Assembly: GCA_025352995.1 (NCBI GenBank)
Contig: JANXRN010000330.1
Coordinates: 1-51,008 of the forward strand
DNA length: 51,008 nucleotides
Direction: 5' to 3'
Origin: Acetobacteraceae bacterium
GTDB taxonomy: Bacteria; Pseudomonadota; Alphaproteobacteria; Acetobacterales; Acetobacteraceae
The translations under genes were made by a program, and so were the position numbers. Position 1 is the stretch's first letter. Each line of letters opens with the position of its first letter. The notes under the pieces are model-generated. The model did not search any database. It was given only the letters and a program-made list of their open reading frames with translations, and was not told the origin of the DNA. Positions 18,865-28,395 of this stretch are shown one piece after another.

Positions 18865-19809
18865 CTACGGACTCCGCGTGATCGCATCTACCTCGGTGAG
18901 CTCGGTAGGGGTTAGGACCCAGTTTCCGGCAGCCGCGTTTTGAACGACCTGTTCAGGCTTCGTCGCCCCCGCGATAACGCTGGCTACCGGCTTTTGGGAA
19001 AGCAACCAACTGACGGCGAGTTCCAATGCGCTGTGCCCCCGGGTTTCAGCGAAATCGATCAGTTTTTCGCTTATTTGCCAATTGCGATCGCTCAAGTAGC
19101 GATCTGCGAGACGTTGGGTCTGTGTTAATCTAGCCCCCGCAGGCATTGACGCATTGCGGCGATATTTTCCCGTAAGAAGTCCACTTGCCAGGGGAAAATA
19201 TGGCAACAAGCCCATTCCATAGGCCCGTGCCGCCGGCACCATATCCTTTTCAGCATCACGAACAACCAGTGAGTACTCGTCCTGGCAGGAGACGAAGGGG
19301 TTGAGGCCATCGGACTTCGCCGTCCACTGAGCTTCCACCATCGCCCAGGCAGGGAAATTTGAACATCCGACGTAGCGTACTTTGCCAGCCCGGATGACAT
19401 CATCGAGCGCCCGCAAGGTTTCGTCGATCGGGGTGAGTTGATCGTGACGATGCTGCTGGTAAAGGTCGATATAATCCGTCTTCAGACGACGCAAACTAGC
19501 CTCAACCGCGGCCACAATATATCGCCGCGACGCGCCTTGTTTTGTGCCGTCATCGGACATTGGCATTGCAAATTTGGTTGCAAGAACAATGTCTTTTCGC
19601 ATCGTTCCTAAAACCTCACCCAACAAGTCCTCGGAGCCCCCGCGTTCGCCGTAAACGTCTGCGGTATCGAATAAAGTGATGCCTTTATCGAACGCCGCAT
19701 GAACCACTGCACGTGTGGCTTGCAGATCCAGGCGACCGCCAAAATTATTGCAACCCAACCCAATTGCCGAGACACGCAGGCCAGACTTCCCGAGATTGCG
19801 AAGTTCCAT
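18865..19809 (-). CDS. Aldo/keto reductase
   Basis: LGCNNFGG, FDTADVYG and SRRYI motifs. Confidence 0.9.
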   Translation of the reverse strand: MELRNLGKSGLRVSAIGLGCNNFGGRLDLQATRAVVHAAFDKGITLFDTADVYGERGGSEDLLGEVLGTMRKDIVLATKFAMPMSDDGTKQGASRRYIVAAVEASLRRLKTDYIDLYQQHRHDQLTPIDETLRALDDVIRAGKVRYVGCSNFPAWAMVEAQWTAKSDGLNPFVSCQDEYSLVVRDAEKDMVPAARAYGMGLLPYFPLASGLLTGKYRRNASMPAGARLTQTQRLADRYLSDRNWQISEKLIDFAETRGHSALELAVSWLLSQKPVASVIAGATKPEQVVQNAAAGNWVLTPTELTEVDAITRSP

Positions 19810-19943
19810 TCTCTCGCTCCATGATTTACATCGACAGAGTTACGTCCGAACCGCCCCCGCGTCAAAGGCACGTTGGTTCGGGAACGAGTAAACCTCGGCT
19901 AAATTCAAAGTCACTACCAAAGCGCTAAAGTCCCATGGACGTG

Positions 19944-20213
19944 TCAGCTCCGCCACACGGACCAGAAATGGGCAGCCGCAAACCCTCCCGCTGCCGCCAC
20001 AGTGCGCCCGACCCAAAACCCGAGCTTCGCCGCCCCCATTCCGACGGCCAACTTCTCAGCCATTTCATCAATTTTCACTGTCATGACGCCCAGATGGGCA
20101 TCGAATCTCCTGAGCGCCGATTCAACCCCCTCCGTCTTAACCTCAACCCTCGCAACACGCTCGCGCAGGTCGGAGATATTGGCCTGCAGCTGTTCGTCAC
20201 CCATGCTCTCCAT
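19944..20213 (-). CDS. Small coiled-coil protein with a C-terminal hydrophobic segment (holin-like candidate or fibre accessory)
   Basis: Starts 1 nt after the tailspike stop (TAGGATG). It has an N-terminal heptad-like region and the segment GMGAAKLGFWVGRTVAAAGGFAAAHFW. Confidence 0.45.
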   Translation of the reverse strand: MESMGDEQLQANISDLRERVARVEVKTEGVESALRRFDAHLGVMTVKIDEMAEKLAVGMGAAKLGFWVGRTVAAAGGFAAAHFWSVWRS

Positions 20214-20214
20214 C

Positions 20215-23200
20215 CTATTGCGAGTACCATTTTGTTGCCGACATTTTACGAAATATCTTTGTATTATTTCCGCCCATCGAAAATGGATTATTGACTAATC
20301 CTATGTCAATACTCTGTCCGACTGGTGGAAAAACAAGTAATGCAACCGAACTTTGAGCATTTCTAATTGCAATTTCGCCACCCACGCCCGGATCCGGAAG
20401 CAAAACACTGTTCGCTCCGGAAGCGACCGTAGCAATTTCGTTGAAGTCACTCGTCAGTGCTGCTGCCGATCCCTGCGCAGTACCAGCGGCGCTCAAATTC
20501 GTACCAACCGAGCGCCTTGAACTTCCCGTAAAAATTGGGGCATTTGCGAAAACCAAGCCCGAAGCACTCAATGTATCGTTGCTTAATACTAGGCCACTGC
20601 CGACCGCGATCGTTCCAAATGTTGTACCGTCTGATTTGACAATCCCCACCGTTGTGACCGCAGGTAACGGCGGTAGCGATAAAATATCGGAGAACCGGCC
20701 TGTGGTTGCAACTGTCGCCAGGCCACCTATGTCAGATCCCGACAGAACGACGGTCCCGGTTCGTCCGGCAACAGTTGAAACGACTGAAGCAGCGCCGCTA
20801 AACTTTTCCCATTTTGAACCGTTGAACGCAAGGTGATCGCCAACAAGCCACTGCGAAATTCCGTCTAAAGCGGTCGTGCCTGCCACTGAAACGGTATAGT
20901 AAAATCCCTTGCTACCCACGCTCGATGTTAGGCCAGGAATGTTGATTATGGCGTCCCAATTCCCCTGAAAATTCAGGGCACCCTGCACTGCAGCCGGAAT
21001 CTGAAAGATCGGAACTTTTGTTGTGCTATCGAGCGCCGCATACCCGTTCGCCACCCCTTTGCGAGAAAGGCTTTCTGCCCCATTAATGTCCGCGGACGTT
21101 AGAACGCGAAAAGTAGGGGCCGAAGCACCAACGATAGGTCCCGCCAGAACCTCCGACGCGCCAGCAGATCCAGTTATTACCAAAGAGGCGGCTGTTACTG
21201 TTCCCGTTATAAAAGCTTGCCCAACACTAAGCGACCCAGTGCCACTAAAGTCCTTGCCTGAAATTAAGCCATTTGGCACGGATAGCGTCGCACCACTTCC
21301 TGCACTTCGCGTTAAAGTCAGTTGACCGGCTGACTGCATTTGGAGTCTAACTGAGTAGCCTGCCGAGACGTTCGCGCCTTGGAAGTCTATATAGGATCCA
21401 GCGGCACTACCGAGGTAACCTAGCGCTATGTTCGGGTTCGTTCTATCCGACCCAATTGTGACGCCTCCACTGCCGACCACCAGCGAATCGGTTGTGGTTA
21501 GTGGGCCCGTGATCTTCGCAGAAGTCAGCGATTGGACAAAAGCGGTACCTGGACCAAATAAAAATGGTCCAGCATCATCAGTATAAAAAGGACCGACGAA
21601 TTTCGACGGCGGAACCCAAACCGATGCAAATTGGCTGCTAATATAAACCTCGCCCTGGACACTGTATTTGGACGGAACGTCAAATACGCTCTGTGCTGCC
21701 CCGGTTGTGGAATACCATTCAGGCGTTTCAAATTTTGCACCAGTAATGGTGACGGTATTGACCTCTGAAGTAACTGCAAATAAATTTTTTGCCTGGACAA
21801 TGTGATCACGAATCAGCAACCCCGACAATTTCGGGTTTGCATAACCGGTCAACAAAAACACCGACGTCGGCGCAATTTCCGCGTGCACATCCCATTCAAG
21901 CAGCGACTGAGTGTGACCTGACCCAAGGAGATCGAGGAAGCTCATGACGACCGCCGGGACGCCGGACTGCACTGCAACGTATCCGCCGCGATATGAATGA
22001 CGATGTGTAGCCGCCATCCACACTGCAGGACCGCCGCCGGTCATCTCCAATACCGGTTCGATAAACATATTTTCATTGAAGCTCATCGCGGCGTTGGGCG
22101 AACGGGCCACAGGCACATACTTTGACACAATAGGCCAAAATCCGGTGGCGTCCTGAATAAGAGCGTAACACCATTTTGGCCCAATGTAGCGATTTACGAC
22201 CTTTAGGCTGGTGAATACCGAGGTTTCTGACCCGGTGTTGAAAACGCAAGATTGTGTGAAATATCCGGTTATGGTAACATTTTCAACAGCGTTTTGTGGA
22301 TGCCCTTGATTGTCAATATACAAGCCGAGCTGAAGCCCTATCAGAGCGGGATTATTCTGGGAACCGGAATACAAAATTAAATCTTTGATTATGCAATTTT
22401 CAATGCCTAGCGCGTCAATAACTGCAAAACCTTTGACATTAGATATAATTTGCGACCCTTGACCATCAAAAGTAAAATATTTGAATCTGGTAAAATCTAT
22501 GGTTTCATTTACAATGTATCGACGTCCGAACCCTAAAACCCAGGCCTGTTGAGCGCCATTCATGCTGCGCTGCTGTCGAAGCCATACACTATATGATAAA
22601 AATGCCGCGGTATCATCTGTTATACCGTCGCCAACAGCACCAAAATCGTGTATTGTTTTCAATCCAGCATTAACATTAATAGTTCCATCTGGAAGTATTG
22701 TTAGGCCAGAGCCAATTTTTACATTTCCCACTGTCACCGCTGTAGCAACAGGGAGCAATGGCACCACATCACTTGCGGTGATTTGACCGCCACCAATGAC
22801 CTGCCCCTTCGCGTTGATTTGAACTTTCGAGAAGGTGCCGGCGGTAGTCACAGTCGCTAACGTGGTCGCGATTGAACCAACCCCGGCGCCGACGATATCG
22901 CCAGTAAAAGCGATAGGCTGACCTCGGGCGACATTGGCTTGAACGAACGCAGTAGTGGCAAGCGCAGTTGATGAGTCTAGCGTCGGGCGAGTTGGCGCCG
23001 TTGGGGTTCCGATGAGCGCGGGAGAGTCGATCACCGCGACCCAACCTGTATCCAGGTGAAGTCCGCCCGCGTCCAAAAGGAGGCCCGCCCCAACCTGAAT
23101 GGGCTGAGGAGCGCCCGCGACGGCAGTGTTCGCTCTCCCGACCAGAGTGTTGGGGGCAAAGGTCAAGCGCGGCTGAGTTTGGGCAAGCAGCGTCGCAACA

Positions 23201-23292
23201 TCCGACACAAAAGCAACGCCGTCCTTCTCAATAAAAATTTGATCTGTAGGGTCAATAACCGTTGCTTGTGGAAGCTGCTGAAGCGTTGGCAT
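20215..23292 (-). CDS. Tailspike/tail fibre with pectate-lyase-like right-handed beta-helix (depolymerase) domain
   Basis: N-terminus MPTLQQLPQATVIDPTDQ.. is paralogous to the neighbouring spike. Also has DFGAVGDGITDDTAAF (Pectate_lyase_3-type motif) and C-terminal GNWDA..G..W fibre repeats. The gene is visibly lower in GC than its surroundings. Confidence 0.8.
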   Translation of the reverse strand: MPTLQQLPQATVIDPTDQIFIEKDGVAFVSDVATLLAQTQPRLTFAPNTLVGRANTAVAGAPQPIQVGAGLLLDAGGLHLDTGWVAVIDSPALIGTPTAPTRPTLDSSTALATTAFVQANVARGQPIAFTGDIVGAGVGSIATTLATVTTAGTFSKVQINAKGQVIGGGQITASDVVPLLPVATAVTVGNVKIGSGLTILPDGTINVNAGLKTIHDFGAVGDGITDDTAAFLSYSVWLRQQRSMNGAQQAWVLGFGRRYIVNETIDFTRFKYFTFDGQGSQIISNVKGFAVIDALGIENCIIKDLILYSGSQNNPALIGLQLGLYIDNQGHPQNAVENVTITGYFTQSCVFNTGSETSVFTSLKVVNRYIGPKWCYALIQDATGFWPIVSKYVPVARSPNAAMSFNENMFIEPVLEMTGGGPAVWMAATHRHSYRGGYVAVQSGVPAVVMSFLDLLGSGHTQSLLEWDVHAEIAPTSVFLLTGYANPKLSGLLIRDHIVQAKNLFAVTSEVNTVTITGAKFETPEWYSTTGAAQSVFDVPSKYSVQGEVYISSQFASVWVPPSKFVGPFYTDDAGPFLFGPGTAFVQSLTSAKITGPLTTTDSLVVGSGGVTIGSDRTNPNIALGYLGSAAGSYIDFQGANVSAGYSVRLQMQSAGQLTLTRSAGSGATLSVPNGLISGKDFSGTGSLSVGQAFITGTVTAASLVITGSAGASEVLAGPIVGASAPTFRVLTSADINGAESLSRKGVANGYAALDSTTKVPIFQIPAAVQGALNFQGNWDAIINIPGLTSSVGSKGFYYTVSVAGTTALDGISQWLVGDHLAFNGSKWEKFSGAASVVSTVAGRTGTVVLSGSDIGGLATVATTGRFSDILSLPPLPAVTTVGIVKSDGTTFGTIAVGSGLVLSNDTLSASGLVFANAPIFTGSSRRSVGTNLSAAGTAQGSAAALTSDFNEIATVASGANSVLLPDPGVGGEIAIRNAQSSVALLVFPPVGQSIDIGLVNNPFSMGGNNTKIFRKMSATKWYSQ

Positions 23293-23473
23293 GATTAACC
23301 TTTTGATGTTACACGATACTGCTGAATTTTCCACACATCACACATTTACAAGAATGATATTTGTGTTTATCCTTGCATATCTGGTTGCCTATTATTTAAA
23401 ACTATAGAGTTTAACCAACAACGACAGATTTGGAGGTTGGCCTGTTTGGGCACGCACAACATTCCGTTACGGC

Positions 23474-25825
23474 TTAAACGACCGCAATCCATCCGGAACT
23501 ACCAACACCCGACTGCTTCAGCCAGAACGTTGCGCCCGCTCCACCATTCAAGTTTCTATAGTCCGATCCCGGCGACGCCGACCGTATCCCTTGCGGTGAT
23601 CCCCGGCCGACCAACGATTGTGCTCCAACAGGTTCGGCTTCGCTGGATATGCGTACAGCACCTGTGCCGGAAGGTCGCAGGATGACATCTGCATTACCCA
23701 CGGAGCGAATGAGCGCACCACCGAGTTGGTCTGTTGTGAACCAATCTGGGATGCTGAAGCTACTTGCCCGCCAGGTGCCCCAGATAGCCCTCCATTCGAC
23801 ATCCGAGTTGGCCACAACATCGAGATCCGCGAGCGTCCAGTTCTCCTGCAGTGGAAAGGAAGCGCCGCGCGCGAACGCGACCGCTGTATTACAGGTCACC
23901 CGCAGGCTTCTATTATCCGACAGCGGGGGGGCAGCATAACCGATTGCAGTTGCCCCAGTTCCGTTGCCCGAAATTGATATTGCAACTTCATTACCAACTT
24001 CGCCGTATCCTGCGCCTTGGGCGCCGACTGTAATCCCTACGACCACGCCATCTTTCAAGATTGCCTGCGCACTCGCGCCGGTGCCCGATCCACCGATGGC
24101 AACCGAGGCATTGGTATAACCTATCCCGCCAGACTGTACCTTTACGAAGCTAAGTTTCCCGGAGGCCGCAGCCTGGGTGCTTGAAATCATGGACTGTACG
24201 CCTGACGGCGCATAAGTTATCAGAACACTATCGATAATATCTGGATATACTAATGTATTTCTTCCCGCTATCACGACAGGATTTATTGTAAATCGTTTGG
24301 AAAAATTGAAGCTATTTCCCTCAACACTACAACTGTCAGTTTCATTGCGTAGGCATAGCTGTGCACCGCCCGCTCCAATGAATTCATTCCGCGCGATGAG
24401 GACATGCTGCGGTCCATCACGGAGCCAAACACCCCAGCCGCCAATGGGCATCGAAATCCAATTATCGGTGATAGCAGTGTTACGGCTGGCGATGCCAAAG
24501 GTTTGCGTTAAGCCATCGGCCTCGACATTATTAATAACAACTCCCCAACCTGTGCAATCCTGCAGGTAATTGCCGGTCACTCTAATATCAGTACCACCGC
24601 CCGCATTTATGCCGACAAGCGCGCTTTGAATTTGGTTACCGCTAACATCGCTCGCGAGCGATCCGCCGATATCGATTCCGTAAGTGCCAGCACCCGAGAC
24701 CATATTACCTGCCACGCGGGAATATTCAATATTTGCCAGAATGCCTGCGCCGCCGACTAATCCTGTTCCGTTGTTGAACAGCAAGTTTCCAGTGATAGAA
24801 ACAGATTTCCCAGCCGCTGCAATACCGTAAATCGAGTTTTCGTGGCAGATATTTCCGTCGATTAAGATCGCGATTGCATCAGGATTGGCGTTTCCCCATA
24901 CGGGTGGCTGGGCGTTGGTTGCATTGAAATTTCCAACATTTATCCCACGCTGATTGGCCCAGCATCTGTTGCCAGAGATCTGAACCAAGGAAACTTTCCG
25001 TTGAAAGGTTGGGTCGTTGAAGTCGATACAAAGGCCATATCTGCCGTTGTCGTGCGCCTGGCAATCATTGATGCGCGCACCGGTACAGGCTTGCATCCAA
25101 AGGCCATGGATGGCGTTTCCCGAAAAAGTGCATCCATCAACAACGTGTGTCGTGGCAACGCCTCCGCCCTGGATTACCAGACCGCTGCCCTGAACTGCGC
25201 CACCTGCATTTAGGAAACTACAGGCCTCAAATCTGGCCGAGGAACATACACCGGCTACAAACACGCCCCAACTGTCCTGATTTACCGCAGGGCCGTTGGC
25301 ATCAAATACGACGCCATGCGCGTAGAAAGCCGCGCCTTGGAGGGAAATCCACGCGCCGGAACCGACTTGTCGCGCACGGCGAAGAATGCTTACACCTGGT
25401 ACACCAATCAGCGTGCAGGACGCCTGACCGACCGTCCATTGGCCGTTCAGGATATAGGTTTTCGCGCCAAGCCGAACTGGCTTACCGGACGCAATCGCCG
25501 CGGACAATGCAGCGGTATCGTCCGTTATGCCATCGCCGACTGCGCCATAGTCCTCCGCGTGCACCGCATCAGGCATGGCTGGGACCGTCGCCGACAAAGT
25601 CCCGGACGCAAGAGAGAGGCCGGCGCCGATTGCAATAGGTTCAACTGCACCAACGCCGGCTGTGGTTCGACCTATCAATCGAGCCTGATTGAGCAAGAGC
25701 TGAGACTGCACTCCGGCGAGTAATTGCGCGCGCGTAGCCTTTCGGGCTACGCCGTTTTGGCTGAGCATAACCGCGTCCGCGTCGCTGGTTGCAAGCGCGG
25801 TCTCCAGTTGGTCAATGGTTGGCAT
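23474..25825 (-). CDS. Tailspike with pectate-lyase-like beta-helix domain
   Basis: N-terminus MPTIDQLETALATSDADAV.., EDYGAVGDGITDDTAAL, repeated beta-helix rungs, and C-terminus GSPQGIRSASPGSDYRNLNGGAGATFWLKQSG.GSSGW. Confidence 0.8.
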   Translation of the reverse strand: MPTIDQLETALATSDADAVMLSQNGVARKATRAQLLAGVQSQLLLNQARLIGRTTAGVGAVEPIAIGAGLSLASGTLSATVPAMPDAVHAEDYGAVGDGITDDTAALSAAIASGKPVRLGAKTYILNGQWTVGQASCTLIGVPGVSILRRARQVGSGAWISLQGAAFYAHGVVFDANGPAVNQDSWGVFVAGVCSSARFEACSFLNAGGAVQGSGLVIQGGGVATTHVVDGCTFSGNAIHGLWMQACTGARINDCQAHDNGRYGLCIDFNDPTFQRKVSLVQISGNRCWANQRGINVGNFNATNAQPPVWGNANPDAIAILIDGNICHENSIYGIAAAGKSVSITGNLLFNNGTGLVGGAGILANIEYSRVAGNMVSGAGTYGIDIGGSLASDVSGNQIQSALVGINAGGGTDIRVTGNYLQDCTGWGVVINNVEADGLTQTFGIASRNTAITDNWISMPIGGWGVWLRDGPQHVLIARNEFIGAGGAQLCLRNETDSCSVEGNSFNFSKRFTINPVVIAGRNTLVYPDIIDSVLITYAPSGVQSMISSTQAAASGKLSFVKVQSGGIGYTNASVAIGGSGTGASAQAILKDGVVVGITVGAQGAGYGEVGNEVAISISGNGTGATAIGYAAPPLSDNRSLRVTCNTAVAFARGASFPLQENWTLADLDVVANSDVEWRAIWGTWRASSFSIPDWFTTDQLGGALIRSVGNADVILRPSGTGAVRISSEAEPVGAQSLVGRGSPQGIRSASPGSDYRNLNGGAGATFWLKQSGVGSSGWIAVV

Positions 25826-25827
25826 CG

Positions 25828-26328
25828 TTAACTCCCAAGAAGGATGGGATTGCCGTTCTGATCGGTCACAATGGCGCCTGTGCTTGTCGTGAGGATCGAC
25901 GCAGGCACGGACCCACCAGCTAGTGTCTGGACCGGTAGTAGAATAGAGCGGCGGAGGGTTCGTCCGCTATCCGTCGATATCGTAACCTGCACGACGTAGA
26001 TCTTTCCGGCGATACCACCCGCTATCCATAGGACGGCAATGCCGCCATCGACGGCGACGCGGGTCGCAACAATGTCATTGACGCCGTTGGGTGTGGTGAC
26101 GACATTGACAACTGTTATGCTGTCGCCCTCATTACCCAGAATTGCCGGTCCGATGTCGATTTCATAGTCCAAGACATCCGACGGATCTTTTTCCGGCCAA
26201 ATCAAAACCGATGGACTGCGACCAGAGCCCCCCCTTGGCACCGGGGAGAAACCGTCAAGTACGACCCGGCGCGCGTTGCTCGGCCGCCAAACGGTTCCCG
26301 ATTGGGCAATATTGGATTGAATAGTCAT
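25828..26328 (-). CDS. Phage hypothetical protein, possible fibre-tail adaptor
   Basis: Lies between the fibre genes. The WPEKDPSDVLDYEIDIG motif resembles adaptor-like proteins, but the recognition is weak. Confidence 0.45.
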   Translation of the reverse strand: MTIQSNIAQSGTVWRPSNARRVVLDGFSPVPRGGSGRSPSVLIWPEKDPSDVLDYEIDIGPAILGNEGDSITVVNVVTTPNGVNDIVATRVAVDGGIAVLWIAGGIAGKIYVVQVTISTDSGRTLRRSILLPVQTLAGGSVPASILTTSTGAIVTDQNGNPILLGS

Positions 26329-26340
26329 TGCGACCCCTAC

Positions 26341-27600
26341 CTAATACTCAATGATAACCAATCCATTTCCGCCAGATGCACCCGGAAAGTTTCCACCGCC
26401 GCCCGCTCCACCGCCGCCTGGGCTCGCGCCAGAGCTTGGTAGGCCACTCGATGCAGCGCCACCTCCACCGCCGGCGGCACCGGCGGCACCATGTCCACCA
26501 AAGCCGTTCGGCCCCGCGCTGAAGCCGGCGTTACCCGCGCCACCTGTCATCGAAATTGTGGCACCAAAGCCACTTCCAGCAGCCCCTGAATTGCCTTGGC
26601 CACCCGACAATGAACCAGCCCCCCCATGGCCGCCGGTTGCGCCAAAGGCCCCGCCGAAGCTGGACGATCCGCCATCTTGCCCATTGTTGGCGCTGGCGCT
26701 GCCTCCAGCATTGGAGCCCCCCTGCCCGCCGGAACCAACGACGATGAGAATGATTTGGCCTCCGGTGACTTGCTGAATGGCCTCGGCATATCCACCGCCA
26801 CCACCGCCACCACCGCCACCTTGCCCAGTGTTGCCCCCCCCACCGCCGCCGGCGCCATGGACGCGGACCTTGACCAAATTCACGCCTTGGGGAACGACAA
26901 AGTTGTCAGACGCGGCGAACTGCTGGAGAGACGAAAACCCGGGGCGCAAGCTCGGGAGTTTAAATGGAATGATTGGCTTAGCCGGGAAGGTCAAAATATC
27001 GGCACCACCGACCGCCACCTGACCATAGACAGTCGTGATAAGCGCAAGACCAATCCAGCCGGGCGCCACGGACGGAGCAACCTGGCTTCCCGTGGTTGCC
27101 GGTGCGCCTGCGCGCGTTCGCACTGCGACTGTCTGCAACCTAGCTGTGGGTTGCGGGGTCCCCGAATTATGGGGACCCAGCCAGGTTTGAGTAGGTGCGG
27201 CGGCATTGTAGTACGGCAGAACCATGGGGCCGTCGTCGGCTTCTTGAAACGCGGCCTCGACGATCCAGACAGTTGATTGGCCCGCGATAGGCGGTGGTGT
27301 GACATGAAGCACCGCAGCCGCACGGTTGATGCCCATCTTCACAATCGGCGCAAGCCCATCGATCGGTAAGGTGCCATACGTCGAGTTGTCAACATTTTCT
27401 AAGGACGTGATACAGCCAGGCGCCACCAATACTGATAAGCTTGGCGGTGTAGTGGACAGGATCGACAGCCCATCTACAATCGGCGCCGTACCGAGGACGG
27501 AGCCCATCAGCGTACCTAAGGCAATCATGATATTGCGATTTGTATTCAAAATATCGCTGTCGAGCGGGATACCGCCGGGGTAGACGATGGTGCGATCCAT
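26341..27600 (-). CDS. Tail fibre protein with an extended C-terminal glycine-rich domain
   Basis: The ATG at 27600 follows GAGGAA and gives MDRTIVYPGGIPLDSDILNTNRNIMIALGTL (a fibre-type N-terminus). The last ~190 aa are poly-Gly/GGxGG repeats ending LVIIEY. Confidence 0.7.
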   Translation of the reverse strand: MDRTIVYPGGIPLDSDILNTNRNIMIALGTLMGSVLGTAPIVDGLSILSTTPPSLSVLVAPGCITSLENVDNSTYGTLPIDGLAPIVKMGINRAAAVLHVTPPPIAGQSTVWIVEAAFQEADDGPMVLPYYNAAAPTQTWLGPHNSGTPQPTARLQTVAVRTRAGAPATTGSQVAPSVAPGWIGLALITTVYGQVAVGGADILTFPAKPIIPFKLPSLRPGFSSLQQFAASDNFVVPQGVNLVKVRVHGAGGGGGGNTGQGGGGGGGGGGYAEAIQQVTGGQIILIVVGSGGQGGSNAGGSASANNGQDGGSSSFGGAFGATGGHGGAGSLSGGQGNSGAAGSGFGATISMTGGAGNAGFSAGPNGFGGHGAAGAAGGGGGAASSGLPSSGASPGGGGAGGGGNFPGASGGNGLVIIEY

Positions 27601-27812
27601 GGCTTCCTCACTAAATAGGGACTGGTGCCTGCCAAGCGAGCGGCCGGACGGTGCGAGCGGAGGCGGCTTGCGTGGGCGGTTCGTGTTGGACGGCAGTTCG
27701 GCTTCAAGGGCTTGCCAATTTCGATATTCGTAAAATGAGCCAGCGAGCGTCATCGACCGACGACTACGGCGCGATCCGTTAAAGCTACGGTGTTCGCACG
27801 GAGAACAGGGTG

Positions 27813-28394
27813 TTAAGATTCAATACGAACCCATACTGTTGTCGCAATTGGAGCAACATCAGCTGCCGCAGACAGTATATCGAAGTCCGAGAGTTCGGCA
27901 GCCGCCGGTGTGCCGGGAAACGGGCGATAGGCAGTGAGAAGAATTTGATTTGGCATTCGAAGACTGCCCCAACGTCCGGCAACACCATAACCACCTAGCT
28001 GGTTCCAGATACCTGTATCGGCGGGGCGACTAGGTTCGAATATATCAGGGAGCCGACCGGTTGGATCCTGCACCCCCTGCGAAAGTGCATCCCGTGTGGC
28101 GCGCGGACGAAAAATCTCCCGAAGGATCGCTGCACGAAAGGCTTGATCAGACTGCCCGGCACCGCGAACAACCCTTGAGCCGAAGAAGTCAGCCGCAGCG
28201 ATATCGAGAAATACTTCACTTGCAGTAGCAATACGTGCCTGCTGACGGACTGCACCGAGCAATTCATAGGCCCAGGTGGATGTGGACCCCAATCCGGTCA
28301 GCACACCATCCAGTATCGGCGTGTTGTCGGCGAACCATCGCGCAGGCAATACCATCTTCAAGCGGCGTATCATATCATCGATGCTACCGATCAT
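27813..28394 (-). CDS. Baseplate/tail protein (P2 gpI or Mu gp48-like)
   Basis: Sits immediately after the baseplate J gene, with typical size and sequence LPARWFADNTPILDGVL. Confidence 0.55.
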   Translation of the reverse strand: MIGSIDDMIRRLKMVLPARWFADNTPILDGVLTGLGSTSTWAYELLGAVRQQARIATASEVFLDIAAADFFGSRVVRGAGQSDQAFRAAILREIFRPRATRDALSQGVQDPTGRLPDIFEPSRPADTGIWNQLGGYGVAGRWGSLRMPNQILLTAYRPFPGTPAAAELSDFDILSAAADVAPIATTVWVRIES

Positions 28395-28395
28395 A

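Noticed and set aside
19810-19943. An att site or tRNA at the fibre-side border of the phage-like cluster, and matching repeats at 43400-43870
   Set aside because: There is no tRNA-like T-arm or cloverleaf. The only structure is a CCGAACC...GGTTCGG hairpin. I could not find a direct repeat shared between the two borders by eye; a computational repeat search is needed to be sure.
26351-27276. Pro-rich plus-strand ORFs and the repetitive DNA, considered as a possible repeat array or CRISPR
   Set aside because: The periodicity is 3 nt (GGN codons of the Gly-rich fibre domain). There are no repeat-spacer units and no cas genes.
20215-27600. A diversity-generating retroelement acting on the fibre genes
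   Set aside because: No reverse transcriptase ORF exists anywhere in the window. I saw no template/variable repeat pair near the fibre 3' ends.
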